Source: Acidobacteriota bacterium (GTDB lineage: Bacteria; Acidobacteriota; Vicinamibacteria; Vicinamibacterales; 2-12-FULL-66-21). From it: a stretch of DNA of 64,000 nt. The notes beneath the pieces are model-generated. The model searched no databases, was not told the DNA's origin, and worked only from the letters and a program-made list of their open reading frames with translations. The position numbers were made by a program, and so were the translations under genes. Location: assembly GCA_013813355.1 (NCBI GenBank), contig JACCRT010000015.1, positions 1,328-65,327 on the forward strand. The letters run 5' to 3'. Position 1 is the first letter of the stretch. Each line of letters opens with the position of its first letter. This document shows positions 38,916 to 49,205 of this stretch, piece by piece.

Positions 38916-39319
38916 GAATCACGGCTGCCGTCACCGCCGAGCTCGTTGCGCACGCGAGAGAGGAAGCGCCCAACGAGTGCTGCGGTCTGCTGCTGGAGCG
39001 CGCCGGCGAGATTGTCGCCGGCGTGCGGGCGCGGAATGCCCACGCCAGCCCGTCGCGGTATCTGGTGCACCCGGAGGACCACTTCGGCGCCATCCGGCGG
39101 GCACGGCGCGAGGGGCTGACGCTTGCTGGAGCGTACCATTCCCATCCACGGTCACCGGCTCAACCGTCTGCGACGGACGTCGCCGAGGCGCACGATCCCG
39201 AGCTGTTGTATGTAATTGTCGCGCTGAACGACGGGAGTGGCTGGCGAGTTCCTGACCTGCGGGCCTGGCGCCTGGCGAAGGGGTCCGCACGCGCGGTCCT
39301 CCTCTCGATCACGCCGTAA
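38912..39319 (+). CDS. JAB/MPN (JAMM) metalloprotease-family protein
   Basis: E in NECCG plus [14 protein letters not shown] (H-x-H-x7-S-x2-D). The GTG start overlaps the thiolase stop as GTGA. Confidence 0.8.
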   Translation: MRITAAVTAELVAHAREEAPNECCGLLLERAGEIVAGVRARNAHASPSRYLVHPEDHFGAIRRARREGLTLAGAYHSHPRSPAQPSATDVAEAHDPELLYVIVALNDGSGWRVPDLRAWRLAKGSARAVLLSITP

Positions 39320-39337
39320 GGAGCCGCGGGTTGAGAA

Positions 39338-39817
39338 TCAGTGCCAGCCGTCCCGGTCCCCGAGCCCGGGACGAATACGCAGCAGTGTCTGCCCGGACCC
39401 GACGACCTTGTTGTTCTGCTTCATCCGGAAGATGACCCGGAACTCGCCGGAGGTGTGGAAGGTGCGCTCCACCGTGTAGCGCCGCCGAACCTCGCTCTTG
39501 CCGGCCTCATAAGGGTCGCAGTCTACACGCTGCTCCGATCTCGTCCCGTCGCCCCACTCCCACTCGATCACGGGGCAATAGAAGTCTTCGTAGTCGCTCG
39601 AGCCTCCGCGAAGCTCCGCCGTGGCTACGACACGGAGAGGTGAGAACCCCGTTTGAGGGGATGTCCGCACAGACACCGACGGCTTCGTTGCCTTGTCGTC
39701 GTTGGTGCCTTCGACGGCCGCCGGACCGCCGCCGGCGGCGGCCTCCACGGACGTGAAGGCCGCCACGCACACCAGCGCCCCCACCGTCCGCCAGACGTGT
39801 GAGTAGGTGTTTCGCAT
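39338..39817 (-). CDS. hypothetical exported protein (PKD/Ig-like fold suspected)
   Basis: Signal-like N-terminus GALVCVAAFTSVEAAAG and a beta-rich sequence. No catalytic motif seen. Confidence 0.55.
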   Translation of the reverse strand: MRNTYSHVWRTVGALVCVAAFTSVEAAAGGGPAAVEGTNDDKATKPSVSVRTSPQTGFSPLRVVATAELRGGSSDYEDFYCPVIEWEWGDGTRSEQRVDCDPYEAGKSEVRRRYTVERTFHTSGEFRVIFRMKQNNKVVGSGQTLLRIRPGLGDRDGWH

Positions 39818-39915
39818 CTGACCTCCTGTACCGGCCCGAAAGGTCGCATTCTAGCAGACCCATTAGCAGACGGCGTGCCGACTTCGCAGCCACCTGAACA
39901 AGGCGGCAATCCCCT

Positions 39916-39921
39916 TATAAT
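39916..39921 (+). promoter_or_regulatory. -10 hexamer TATAAT placed 6 nt before ATG 39928 (leaderless-type pepA promoter)
   Basis: TATAAT, then TGCCGA, then ATG, read directly. Confidence 0.5.
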
Positions 39922-39927
39922 TGCCGA

Positions 39928-41454
39928 ATGCCCATGATCGAACTGGCCCCGGTGCTCGCCCTGGCGAGGTCACCCCTTTCCGAGATCGATACTGACTTAC
40001 TCATTGCGCCGATATTCGAGGGTGAAGGACTCCCGGAGGACCTTGTCAGCACAGACGACGCGGCGGCCGGAGCGGTCGGGAGGGCTATCGAAGCAGGAGA
40101 GGTCCGGGGCCGCCCCTTTGAGACATTTCTCACGCCCGTGACGGGCTGGAAGTCGAGCCGTGTCGCCCTTGTCGGCGCGGGGCCGGCGGCCGACTTCACC
40201 ATCGAGCGGCTCCGCCGCCTCGCCACCGTCGCGGCGCTGGACGCCCGGCGCCGGCGAATCCGCCGCATCGGCTGGATCAACCGCGGGGGCTTGCCCGCAG
40301 CGGCCGCCGTGCAGGCGACGACAGAAGGCCTCCTGCTCGCCACGTTCAGCGCCGATTCCTACAAGAGCGGGGAACGGGATTGCGCCCCACCCGAGCAGTT
40401 GACGGTTGCCGTCACCAGCAGCGGGGGCTCCGAACTCGAGGCCGCTCTCGAACGCGGGCGCATCCTGGGAGAGTGCAGCAACCTTGCGCGCCAGCTGTGT
40501 AACGAGCCGTCGAACGTCCTGACACCGACCGTGCTGGCGGAGCGCGCCTTTGCGCTCTGCGACGGATCCGGCTTGTCGATCGACATCCTGGACGAGCAGA
40601 GGATTGCCGCGCTCCACATGGGTCTGCTGCTTGGGGTGGCCCGCGGCAGCGCGGAGCCTCCGCGCGTCATCGTCATACGGCACGATCCGCCGGGCGCCCC
40701 CGCGTCGCCGGTACTCGGCCTGGTAGGCAAGGGCGTGACGTTCGATACCGGCGGCATCTCGATCAAGCCTGCCGACGGCATGGAACGGATGAAGGATGAC
40801 ATGGCAGGGGGAGCGGCGGTCATCTGTGCCATGCGCGCCATCGCGCTGCTGAAGGCGCCCATCCGGGTCATCGGGGTGGTGCCGGCTACCGAGAACATGC
40901 CCGGCGGCCGCGCGATGAAGCCGGGCGACGTCCTGACGTCCGCCAACGGCAAGACGGTCGAGATTATCAACACGGACGCGGAAGGGCGGCTGATCCTCGG
41001 CGACGCGCTCTGGTATGCGCAGTCGCTCGGCGCCACTCACCTCGTGGACGTGGCCACGCTGACCGGCGCCTCGGTGGTAGCCCTCGGCAAGGCGGCCGCA
41101 GCCATCTTCGGACGGCCAGACGGCTGGGTCGAGGTCGTCCGACGGACGGCCCTCGCCGCCGGCGATCGGTGCTGGCCGATGCCGCTCTACGACGAATACC
41201 GGGATCAGCTCAAGAGCGAGATTGCGGACATGGTGAACTCCGGCGGTCGGCCCGCCGGGGCGTGCACGGCGGCGAGGTTCCTGCAAGAGTTTGCGGCCGA
41301 GACCCCGTGGGTGCACCTCGATATCGCAGGCACCGCCTGGGCGGAAGAAGCCAAGGCGTGGCAGCCGAAGGGACCGACGGGGGTCGCCGTCAGGACACTG
41401 GCCGAGCTGGCGTTCGTGGACCCTGCCAGCTTTCCGCGCGGTCTAAGCGATTGA
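39928..41454 (+). CDS. pepA: leucyl aminopeptidase (M17)
   Basis: VGKGVTFDTGG and NTDAEGRL motifs. Confidence 0.95.
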   Translation: MPMIELAPVLALARSPLSEIDTDLLIAPIFEGEGLPEDLVSTDDAAAGAVGRAIEAGEVRGRPFETFLTPVTGWKSSRVALVGAGPAADFTIERLRRLATVAALDARRRRIRRIGWINRGGLPAAAAVQATTEGLLLATFSADSYKSGERDCAPPEQLTVAVTSSGGSELEAALERGRILGECSNLARQLCNEPSNVLTPTVLAERAFALCDGSGLSIDILDEQRIAALHMGLLLGVARGSAEPPRVIVIRHDPPGAPASPVLGLVGKGVTFDTGGISIKPADGMERMKDDMAGGAAVICAMRAIALLKAPIRVIGVVPATENMPGGRAMKPGDVLTSANGKTVEIINTDAEGRLILGDALWYAQSLGATHLVDVATLTGASVVALGKAAAAIFGRPDGWVEVVRRTALAAGDRCWPMPLYDEYRDQLKSEIADMVNSGGRPAGACTAARFLQEFAAETPWVHLDIAGTAWAEEAKAWQPKGPTGVAVRTLAELAFVDPASFPRGLSD

Positions 41455-41476
41455 GGACGTCCGGGGGGAACAATCC

Positions 41477-41719
41477 ATGATCCAGTCACCAATCATCATC
41501 GACATCAGGGAGCGGGAAGTCGTCGATCCGACGACGATGGGTGATGTGCTGCTGACGGCAATCGGGTTGAGCGGCGTACTGGCCGTGGCAGGTCTCCTGC
41601 TGGGCATCCTCCTCGGCGGTCTGTTCATCGTCTGGAAGCGCCGGCGGGACGCGACCCGCCTCGACGGCCCTCGCGCGGGCGCCGAATCCGACGCCGTGCA
41701 CATCTCGCCTTACGCGTAA
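41477..41719 (+). CDS. small membrane protein (hypothetical)
   Basis: High third-position GC and one TM helix LLTAIGLSGVLAVAGLLLGILLGGLFIVW followed by KRRRD. Confidence 0.55.
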   Translation: MIQSPIIIDIREREVVDPTTMGDVLLTAIGLSGVLAVAGLLLGILLGGLFIVWKRRRDATRLDGPRAGAESDAVHISPYA

Positions 41720-41739
41720 GTGCCGGCGTCACGGCACGC

Positions 41740-43551
41740 CTACCGCGCGCTCGAGGTCGTGCTCGGGCTCTTCATCTTCTTCACCGATTGCTGGTAGCGC
41801 TGGATCCCCAGGAACAGCGAGTCGGCAATCTGCTGGCGGTAGGCCGGCGTTTGCAGCAGCGCGGCATCCTGCTTGTTCGTGAGGAAGGAAATCTCAGCCA
41901 GCACGCTGGGCATTTCGGCACCGATGAGCACCACGAAGGGCGCCTGCTTCACACCGCGATCAATGACCTGCTGGTTCCGCGCCGCGAGCCCCTGAACCAT
42001 CGCGCGCTGGATGGTATCGGCGAAATCGCGGGACTCGTTGATCTTGTTGTTCAGTGCGATGGCCCGGACGATGTTCGGCAGCTGGTGCATCCTGCGCGAC
42101 GATGTCGCGTTCTCGCGTGCGGCCACCGCCTCGGCTTCGGGGTCCGTCGCGAAGTTCAGGAAGTAGGTTTCCACGCCGCGGGCCTGCAGGTTCCGCGCGG
42201 AGTTCGCGTGAATGGACAGGAACAGGTCCGCCCCCGCCCGGTTGGCAATCGCCGTGCGCTCCTCGAGATCGATGAACACGTCCGTGTCCCGGGTCATCAC
42301 GACGTCGATGTTCATGTCCTTGCGCAGCCTCGCGGCCAGCCGTCGGGCGACGTCCAGCACGAGCTCCGACTCGCGCAGCCCGTTGGCCATGGTACCAGGG
42401 TCGCGGCCGCCGTGGCCGGCATCGATCACGATCCGCGAGATGCCGAGGCCGAGCTGCCGCGCGAGTGAATACGTGCCGTTGGCGTTTGCCGTGGGCACTT
42501 CGGGGGCGGTGAGCGGCGGTGTCGGCAGCGTCTTCAGCTCCGCCGTGCCGGAGGTCGCCGTTGGCGCGGGCGTCCTCACGGTACTGGCGGCGGGCGGCGG
42601 GGCCGCTGGCGGCGGGGAAGCCACGGCCCAATCGAGGACGGCGTTCGCGGCATTCGCCGCCGCGGGCGTCACGGCAGGTGTCGGCCCGCCGGGGGCAGGC
42701 GCCCCGCTGCGCGCGAGCGCGGGAAGGGCCTTGAAGTCGACGACCAGCCGGAACGGGTCGTACAAGGTGAAGACGCTGTAGTCTTCGACTCCTTCCATGT
42801 CCATCACGACCCGTGTCGTGTTCTGCGGATGCCGCCCCAGCCGGACCTCCCGCACCACGTCGTCCTCGAAGCGCAGGCTCGCGTCGCGGAGGCCTGCGAC
42901 GGGCTCGGTTCCGGGTAAATCGAAGAAGACTCGCGCCGGATCGTCGAGGCGCTCGACGTGGAATGCCGTCTCATCGTCCATTTCGATCGTCACGCGCACG
43001 CCTCCGGGAATCGGGCTGCGCGCGACGTCGCGGATGCTCACCCGCCTGTTGGGGGCGGTCGACGCGGCCTCGCGGGACGCCGGCGGTGCTTTCGAGGCAG
43101 GAGCGGGGGCCGTGGGTGCGGCGGGTTTCGCCTGGGCCCTGGCCGGCGCCGGCGGCCGGGCATTCTCCGCGAGCCGCAGGGCGCCGTCCACGCGTGGCAC
43201 GAGCGAACTCGACGGATACTGCGATTTCAAGACGTTCAGCAGGCGAATAGCGGTCCGCTTGTCAGCCTCCTGGCCGAAGCGCTCGTACGCCACGATCGCG
43301 AGGTTCCCCCCTTGCCAGAGCGCGTTGTCGCTGTAACCGCTGCGCGGAAACCTCCGCACGATGGACTCGTACGCCGCGACGCCGGCGCGAAGCTGCTGCA
43401 GCGTGACCCTGCTTGCCGCGTCCCTGAGCGTGCGTTCGCGGGCCAGCGCCGCGGTGTACAGCGCCTGCGGTGAATTCGCCTGCGCCCACGCCTCCGCCGC
43501 CGGCAGCGCCAGCAACATGAGGACGAGAAGGGCAGTGCACCGGAGTTTCAT
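41740..43551 (-). CDS. N-acetylmuramoyl-L-alanine amidase (AmiC-like) with N-terminal TPR-like and AMIN regions
   Basis: Amidase_3 motifs VIDAGHGGRDPG and LSIHANS. A signal peptide is present. Confidence 0.85.
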   Translation of the reverse strand: MKLRCTALLVLMLLALPAAEAWAQANSPQALYTAALARERTLRDAASRVTLQQLRAGVAAYESIVRRFPRSGYSDNALWQGGNLAIVAYERFGQEADKRTAIRLLNVLKSQYPSSSLVPRVDGALRLAENARPPAPARAQAKPAAPTAPAPASKAPPASREAASTAPNRRVSIRDVARSPIPGGVRVTIEMDDETAFHVERLDDPARVFFDLPGTEPVAGLRDASLRFEDDVVREVRLGRHPQNTTRVVMDMEGVEDYSVFTLYDPFRLVVDFKALPALARSGAPAPGGPTPAVTPAAANAANAVLDWAVASPPPAAPPPAASTVRTPAPTATSGTAELKTLPTPPLTAPEVPTANANGTYSLARQLGLGISRIVIDAGHGGRDPGTMANGLRESELVLDVARRLAARLRKDMNIDVVMTRDTDVFIDLEERTAIANRAGADLFLSIHANSARNLQARGVETYFLNFATDPEAEAVAARENATSSRRMHQLPNIVRAIALNNKINESRDFADTIQRAMVQGLAARNQQVIDRGVKQAPFVVLIGAEMPSVLAEISFLTNKQDAALLQTPAYRQQIADSLFLGIQRYQQSVKKMKSPSTTSSAR

Positions 43552-43553
43552 GA

Positions 43554-45950
43554 TTACCTCAATTGCGCGTCGACTTCCTCGAAGTAGTCTGCCTTGACGA
43601 GGACCTCGCGCGCCTTGCCACCCGCCGCCGCCGAGACGAGCCCTTCGGCTTCCATCATGTCGACCAGGCGGGCGGCGCGGCTGAAGCCGATCCGCAGCCG
43701 TCGCTGCAGGTATGAAATAGAGGCCTGCCCGCTCGAGACCACGATGCGGGAGGCTTCGTCGTACAAGTCGTCCTTGTCGAACTCCAGATCCCCGCCGGTC
43801 TTCCGTTCATCGTCGGTGATCGTCGTGTCGTAGGTGGGCTTGCCCTGTTTCCGCAGAAAGCTCGCGAGCCTCGCGCTCTCCTGCTCCGAGATGTACGGGC
43901 CATGAAGGCGCACGAAGCGCGACGAGGCGGGCGGCAGATACAGCATGTCGCCCTTCCCGAGCAGCTGTTCCGCGCCGTTGCCGTCGAGAATCGTCCGCGA
44001 GTCGATTTTCGACGACACGCGGAAGGAGATGCGGGCCGGCAGGTTCGCCTTGATGAGACCGGTGATGACGTCCACCGACGGACGCTGCGTCGCCAGGATC
44101 AGGTGGATGCCGACCGCGCGCGCCATCTGCGCCAGCCGGCAGATCGATTCCTCGACCTCGTTGCTCGCGACCATCATCAGGTCGGCCAGCTCGTCGATCA
44201 GCACGACGATGAAGGGCAGGGTCTTGATCTCGATGCCCTTGTCGTCGAGAACCGGCCCCTTCGCCTCGACCTGCTGGTTGCGGAGATTCCGATTGTACTG
44301 CTCGATGTTCCGGACCCCGACGGCCGCCAGCGTCTTGTAGCGTTCCTCCATCTCGCGCACGGCCCAGCGCAGCGCATTCGCGGCGAGCTTGGGATCGACG
44401 ACGACCGGCGTCAGCAGGTGGGGGATCTCTTCGTACATTCCCAGCTCGAGCCGCTTCGGATCGATCATGATCATCCGGACGTCGTCGGGTGTCGCCCGAA
44501 AGAGGATGCTCGAGAGCATGGCGTTGACGCTCACCGACTTGCCGGTCCCAGTGGACCCCGCGATCAGCAGGTGCGGCATCGTCGCGAGATCGCTGACGAA
44601 CGGCTCGCCATGGATGGTCTTGCCGAGGGCCAGGGTGAGCTTTGACTGGGACCGCTTGTACGCGTCGGCCTCGAGAAGTTCCCGCATCGAGATCAGATCC
44701 CGATTGATGTTCGGGATCTGAATGCCGACCGTGGACTTGCCGGGTATCCGGTCGATGAGGACCGACTCGGCCTGCATGGCCAGGCACAGATCGTCGGCGA
44801 GCCCGGTGATCTTGCTGTACTTCACGCCGGCGTCTGGCTTGAACTCGTAGGTCGTGACGACCGGCCCCGGGTGAATCTGCACCACGGAGCCCTCGACCGA
44901 GAACTCGCGGCACTTCTCTTCGAGCAGCCGCGCGCCTTCCATCAGCTCGCGCTCGTCGATCTTGCGCTCCGTCCTCGGCGCATCGAGCAGCGCCAGCGGC
45001 GGGAGCGTGTACGCTCCCTTCTTGCGTTCGGCGGGGGCGCGATCGACTTCGGCGCCGAGCGGCAGCGACGGCTCCACCTGCGGAGGGCGACGAATGGCCG
45101 GAGCCGGCGTCGGTTTCGACGAGGCGGCCCTCAGGGCTGCCGCGGCAGCGCCGACCATCGCCGCGGTCCGCGACGGCCGGGGTCCCGCAGGGTCGGGCTC
45201 CGCCTCCCGAGGGTTCCTGGCCACGGCCGGCCGTGGCACCGGACTCTCGCGGCTTTCCAGCTGTGAGACGCCAGCCAGGGCTTCCTGCGGCTTGGCCTCC
45301 TTGCCGGCCTTCTCGAGATGCTTTTTCAACACTTCCTGCCGCTGCTTCTCGCGCCTGCGCTCCTCGCGGCGTTCACGGACACCTGCACGGAATGCCGCCC
45401 AACGATTCAGGATCATTTCGCCGATCGCCTGGAACAATCGTCCGAACGAGAACTGCGTCGAGAGGATGACCGCGAGGAAGAGCAGCGTCAGGATCAGGAT
45501 GAAGGAGCCGGTCTTGTTCAGGTAGTCTGCGAGGCTGCCAGCCAGGAAGTCGCCCAGGTAGCCGCCGGCGCGGAACGCCCGGGCCTCGGGTTCGTTGACG
45601 ACCACGAGCGACAGGAATGCCGAGGTGCAGCAGAAGAGGAGCCCCGCACCTATGAGCTTCGTGTACGCCGCATCGAGCACCCGGCACCAGAAGTAGTGCC
45701 AGCCGATGACCGCCATGACGACGGGGATCAGATAGGCGGCGTAGCCGACGAGCTGACTCGACAGCTCGGCCATGAAGGCACCCAGGCGCCCGGCCAAATT
45801 GGCGGGTGGGCCGCCAGACCCGGTGTTAAAAAACCAGACCGGGTCCGCAGCGCTATGGCTCGCCAGGGCCACCAGCCAGAGCAGTGACCACGCAAACAGC
45901 GTCACGCCGATGAACTCGCTCAGGCGCCGCGACAGGGCAGAGTCGGCCAT
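43554..45950 (-). CDS. ftsK: DNA translocase FtsK
   Basis: N-terminal TM helices, a Pro/Ala linker, Walker A GSTGTGKSV, and a C-terminal gamma winged-helix domain. Confidence 0.95.
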   Translation of the reverse strand: MADSALSRRLSEFIGVTLFAWSLLWLVALASHSAADPVWFFNTGSGGPPANLAGRLGAFMAELSSQLVGYAAYLIPVVMAVIGWHYFWCRVLDAAYTKLIGAGLLFCCTSAFLSLVVVNEPEARAFRAGGYLGDFLAGSLADYLNKTGSFILILTLLFLAVILSTQFSFGRLFQAIGEMILNRWAAFRAGVRERREERRREKQRQEVLKKHLEKAGKEAKPQEALAGVSQLESRESPVPRPAVARNPREAEPDPAGPRPSRTAAMVGAAAAALRAASSKPTPAPAIRRPPQVEPSLPLGAEVDRAPAERKKGAYTLPPLALLDAPRTERKIDERELMEGARLLEEKCREFSVEGSVVQIHPGPVVTTYEFKPDAGVKYSKITGLADDLCLAMQAESVLIDRIPGKSTVGIQIPNINRDLISMRELLEADAYKRSQSKLTLALGKTIHGEPFVSDLATMPHLLIAGSTGTGKSVSVNAMLSSILFRATPDDVRMIMIDPKRLELGMYEEIPHLLTPVVVDPKLAANALRWAVREMEERYKTLAAVGVRNIEQYNRNLRNQQVEAKGPVLDDKGIEIKTLPFIVVLIDELADLMMVASNEVEESICRLAQMARAVGIHLILATQRPSVDVITGLIKANLPARISFRVSSKIDSRTILDGNGAEQLLGKGDMLYLPPASSRFVRLHGPYISEQESARLASFLRKQGKPTYDTTITDDERKTGGDLEFDKDDLYDEASRIVVSSGQASISYLQRRLRIGFSRAARLVDMMEAEGLVSAAAGGKAREVLVKADYFEEVDAQLR

Positions 45951-47626
45951 CAGATCACCATCACCACGGGCAACACCAGCGGCCGGAGCCCCGAACGCTT
46001 GCGGAACACTCGCTGTAGATCCACGCGGATCTTCTCCTTGATGAGCCCGGGATCGGTCCGTTCCTCGGGGCTGGCGGCTTCGAGTGTCGAGGCCAGCAGG
46101 CCCGGGATCTCTTTGAGCAGCGCCTCGGTGCGCGCGTTGACCACGAACCCGCGGGTAATCACGTCAGTTTCCTCCAGCGTGCCCGACTGGCTGCCAATCG
46201 AAACCACGGGCACGACGACCCCATCGCCCGCCAGGTGGCGGCGGTCCCTCAGCACTTCGTCGCCCACCTCGCCAGTCCGGGTGCCGTCGATCAGGATGCG
46301 GCCTGCGGGCACCTTCCCGGCGAGCCGCCCGCCGGCCTCGTCGAACCGCAGGACGTCGCCGGTCTCCGCCAGCAGCACTTTGGTCGCCCTCGACACCTTC
46401 GCCGCCAGCTTCGCGTGCCGCGAGAGCTGGCGGTACTCCCCATGTATCGGCACGAAGAAGCGCGGCCTGACCAGGGCAAGGACGAGCTTCAGCTCTTCCT
46501 CGCCGCCGTGACCTGACACGTGCACGTGTTTGAGGCCCTCGTGGATGACGTCCGCCTGCCGCCGGGCGATGTGGTTCATGACCCGCCCGATTGCCTTCTC
46601 GTTTCCAGGGATCTCCCGCGCCGAGAACACCACCACGTCGTCGGGCTCCAGTTTCACGTAGCGGTGGTCGTTGATGGCGATCCGCGGCAGCGCGGCCTGG
46701 GGTTCTCCCTGGGACCCGGTGCAGATGCACACCACGTCCTGTGCGGGGAAGTTGCGGATCTCGGTGTCTCGGATCTGCACACCCGCCGGCACGCGGAGAT
46801 AGCCGAGCCGCTGCGCGATCTCGGTGTTGTCGATGACGCCGCGGCCGACAAACGCGACCCGTCGGTCGAACTGCGCCGCGAGATCCACCAGGATCTGCAT
46901 GCGGTGCAGGCTCGAGGAAAACATCGCGACCACGATCTTGCCCTCGGCGCTCGTGAAGATCTCCTCGAAGGCGTCGGTCACGTCCAGCTCGGAGCCGGCG
47001 AAGCCTCGCCGTTCGATGTTGGTGCTGTCGCAGAGCAGGGCCAGCACACCCTGGGACCCGAGTTCCGCGAGGCGCGGGAGATCCACGTGCTCGCCATCGA
47101 GCGGCGTCTGGTCGATCTTGAAATCGCCCGTATGGATGACCAGCCCCTGCGGTGTCTCGATCGCGACCGCGACGCAGTCGGGCATGCTGTGTGTGACGCG
47201 AAGGAACTCCAGCGTGAACGCGCCGACCTTGACCCGATCACGCGGTTTGACTGTCGTCAACCGCGCCCGCGAGGCCTTGTCCTTCTCGTCGAGTTTCGAC
47301 GTGACGAAGGCCAGTGTCAGGGCGGTTCCGTAGATCGGCCCCTCGAAGTGCCCGAGGACGTGCGGCACCGCGCCGATGTGATCCTCATGGCCGTGCGTCA
47401 GCACGAGCGCCGAGATCGTGTACTGCTCGAGCGCCCGCAAATCGGGGATGACCAGGTCAACGCCGAGCAACTCCGGTTCCGGAAACATTACGCCGGCATC
47501 GATGAGGATGGCCGTGTCGCCGCACGCCACGATCATCATGTTCATGCCGAACTCGCCGACCCCGCCGAGCGGGATGATTTCGAGGGGCGGAGCGCCGCCC
47601 GGCCTGTGTTCGCCGGCTTCAATCAT
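45950..47626 (-). CDS. rnj: ribonuclease J
   Basis: Metallo-beta-lactamase motif HGHEDHIG plus beta-CASP. The start is placed at MIEAGE (47626) because the upstream 49 codons have poor third-position GC. Confidence 0.85.
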   Translation of the reverse strand: MIEAGEHRPGGAPPLEIIPLGGVGEFGMNMMIVACGDTAILIDAGVMFPEPELLGVDLVIPDLRALEQYTISALVLTHGHEDHIGAVPHVLGHFEGPIYGTALTLAFVTSKLDEKDKASRARLTTVKPRDRVKVGAFTLEFLRVTHSMPDCVAVAIETPQGLVIHTGDFKIDQTPLDGEHVDLPRLAELGSQGVLALLCDSTNIERRGFAGSELDVTDAFEEIFTSAEGKIVVAMFSSSLHRMQILVDLAAQFDRRVAFVGRGVIDNTEIAQRLGYLRVPAGVQIRDTEIRNFPAQDVVCICTGSQGEPQAALPRIAINDHRYVKLEPDDVVVFSAREIPGNEKAIGRVMNHIARRQADVIHEGLKHVHVSGHGGEEELKLVLALVRPRFFVPIHGEYRQLSRHAKLAAKVSRATKVLLAETGDVLRFDEAGGRLAGKVPAGRILIDGTRTGEVGDEVLRDRRHLAGDGVVVPVVSIGSQSGTLEETDVITRGFVVNARTEALLKEIPGLLASTLEAASPEERTDPGLIKEKIRVDLQRVFRKRSGLRPLVLPVVMVI

Positions 47627-48000
47627 GTCGATGTGTGCTGTCCGTATCGAGTGAGCCGAGTGGACGGAGGCAGCGGAGGGATTCAGCCACAGAGGTTGCT
47701 CCCTGCACTCCGTTACCAGTCCGCGAGCGTTGTTCCAATTTGCGCGAGCAGTATCCCAGAAAATGGCGTCCACTCAGTCGCAGGGCACGGTGCGGACGGA
47801 GAGCCACCCGGGCGGGTGGAGCCGGACGCAGGGCGGCAGGGCGCCGCGGAACCGAATGCCCACCTGGCGGGCCGCTGGGACAGTTTGCCAGGACTGATTG
47901 CCTGGACGGAAGCGATACCGCCAAGCGTGTAAAACCGCGCAAACTATAGCACAGCTTTGAACTTACGCGGTAGCAGACAGCGGGCACAGGGCGCCTTCGG

Positions 48001-48816
48001 TCAGCCTTCCCGCCCCGGCACAAATGCGGCCGCCAGTCGAGCCAGTTCCGGCAGCGACAGGGTTTCTGGGCGGCGGGTGGGGTCGATGCCGGCGGCGTTC
48101 AGGGCATCGGTGGCCCGGCCGTGGCGGGATTCCGCGAACGGCCGCAGCGCGTTGGCCAGAGTCTTCCGGCGCTGCGTGAACATGGATCGGACCATCGCGG
48201 TGAAGGCGGCTTCATCCCCCAGGGCCACCGTCGGCGGGCGGAACCGGAGGCAGACCACCGCGGAGTGAACCCTGGGAACCGGCCGGAAGGCGCCCGGGGG
48301 GAGGGCCAGCACGCGGCGGACATCGGCGTGCAGCTGCAGGAAGATCGACAGCACGCCGTAGTCCTTCGTGCCGGGGGCGGCGACGAGTCGATCGGCCACC
48401 TCTCGCTGGACCATCAGCGTGGCGTCCATGAGCCCGCCCAGCGTCCGGTGCGCCTCCAGCAGCCGGAACAGGATTGGGGACGAGATGTTGTAGGGCAGGT
48501 TGCCCGCCACGCGAAGCGGGAGGTACGGGCGCAGCCGTTCGAGATCGAACTCGAGCACGTCGGCCTGGACGAGCGTTACGGTCGACGGCATCCTCGGTGC
48601 GAGCGCGGCCAGCATCGCCGCGTCCACCTCGATGGCCAGCACGTGTTCGACGAGTGGCGCGAGCCGGAGCGTCAGCGCGCCGGGCCCGGGTCCTATCTCG
48701 AGAAACCGGTCGGTTGACTGCGGTTTGATGGCGGCAATCAGCTTGTCGGCCCAGGCCGCCTCGAGAAAGTGCTGCCCGAACTTCTTTCGCGCGCGCATCA
48801 GATTAGAGCTCTTCAA
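48001..48816 (-). CDS. rsmA: 16S rRNA (adenine1518/1519-N6)-dimethyltransferase
   Basis: KKFGQHFL N-terminus and SAM motif FLEIGPGPGALT. Confidence 0.95.
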   Translation of the reverse strand: MKSSNLMRARKKFGQHFLEAAWADKLIAAIKPQSTDRFLEIGPGPGALTLRLAPLVEHVLAIEVDAAMLAALAPRMPSTVTLVQADVLEFDLERLRPYLPLRVAGNLPYNISSPILFRLLEAHRTLGGLMDATLMVQREVADRLVAAPGTKDYGVLSIFLQLHADVRRVLALPPGAFRPVPRVHSAVVCLRFRPPTVALGDEAAFTAMVRSMFTQRRKTLANALRPFAESRHGRATDALNAAGIDPTRRPETLSLPELARLAAAFVPGREG

Positions 48817-49201
48817 GCGACTCGCCGCGCCAGTACTTTTCCTCGATCTCCTCGATCTCTTCCTCGCTCATCCCGAAGTAGTGTCCGAACTCGTGGATCA
48901 CCGTTTCGGCCACGCACGTCCGGATCTCCTCATCGTCTTCACACGCATCCTCGATCGGAAACTGATAGATCGAGATCCGGTCTGGCAGCGCGTTGCCGTA
49001 TGACCAGCCGCGCTCCGGCAGCGGCGTGCCCTGGTAGAGCCCAAACAGAGAGTCGTCCGGACCAATCTCCATTTCCTCCACGACGTCGGGCGGAGGTTCG
49101 TCCTCGACGACGACGGCGACATTCTTCATCTCGTTGCGAAAACTGCGCGGGATATCTCGCAGGGCCTCCTCGACGAGGCGGGTGAAGCGTTCGCGGGTCA
49201 T
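48803..49201 (-). CDS. metallopeptidase-family protein (small zinicin-like, HExxH)
   Basis: HEFGHYFG motif in an acidic 132-aa protein. The start is at MTRERF; the long 5' extension to 49612 is rejected. Confidence 0.75.
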   Translation of the reverse strand: MTRERFTRLVEEALRDIPRSFRNEMKNVAVVVEDEPPPDVVEEMEIGPDDSLFGLYQGTPLPERGWSYGNALPDRISIYQFPIEDACEDDEEIRTCVAETVIHEFGHYFGMSEEEIEEIEEKYWRGESLEEL

Positions 49202-49205
49202 GGCG

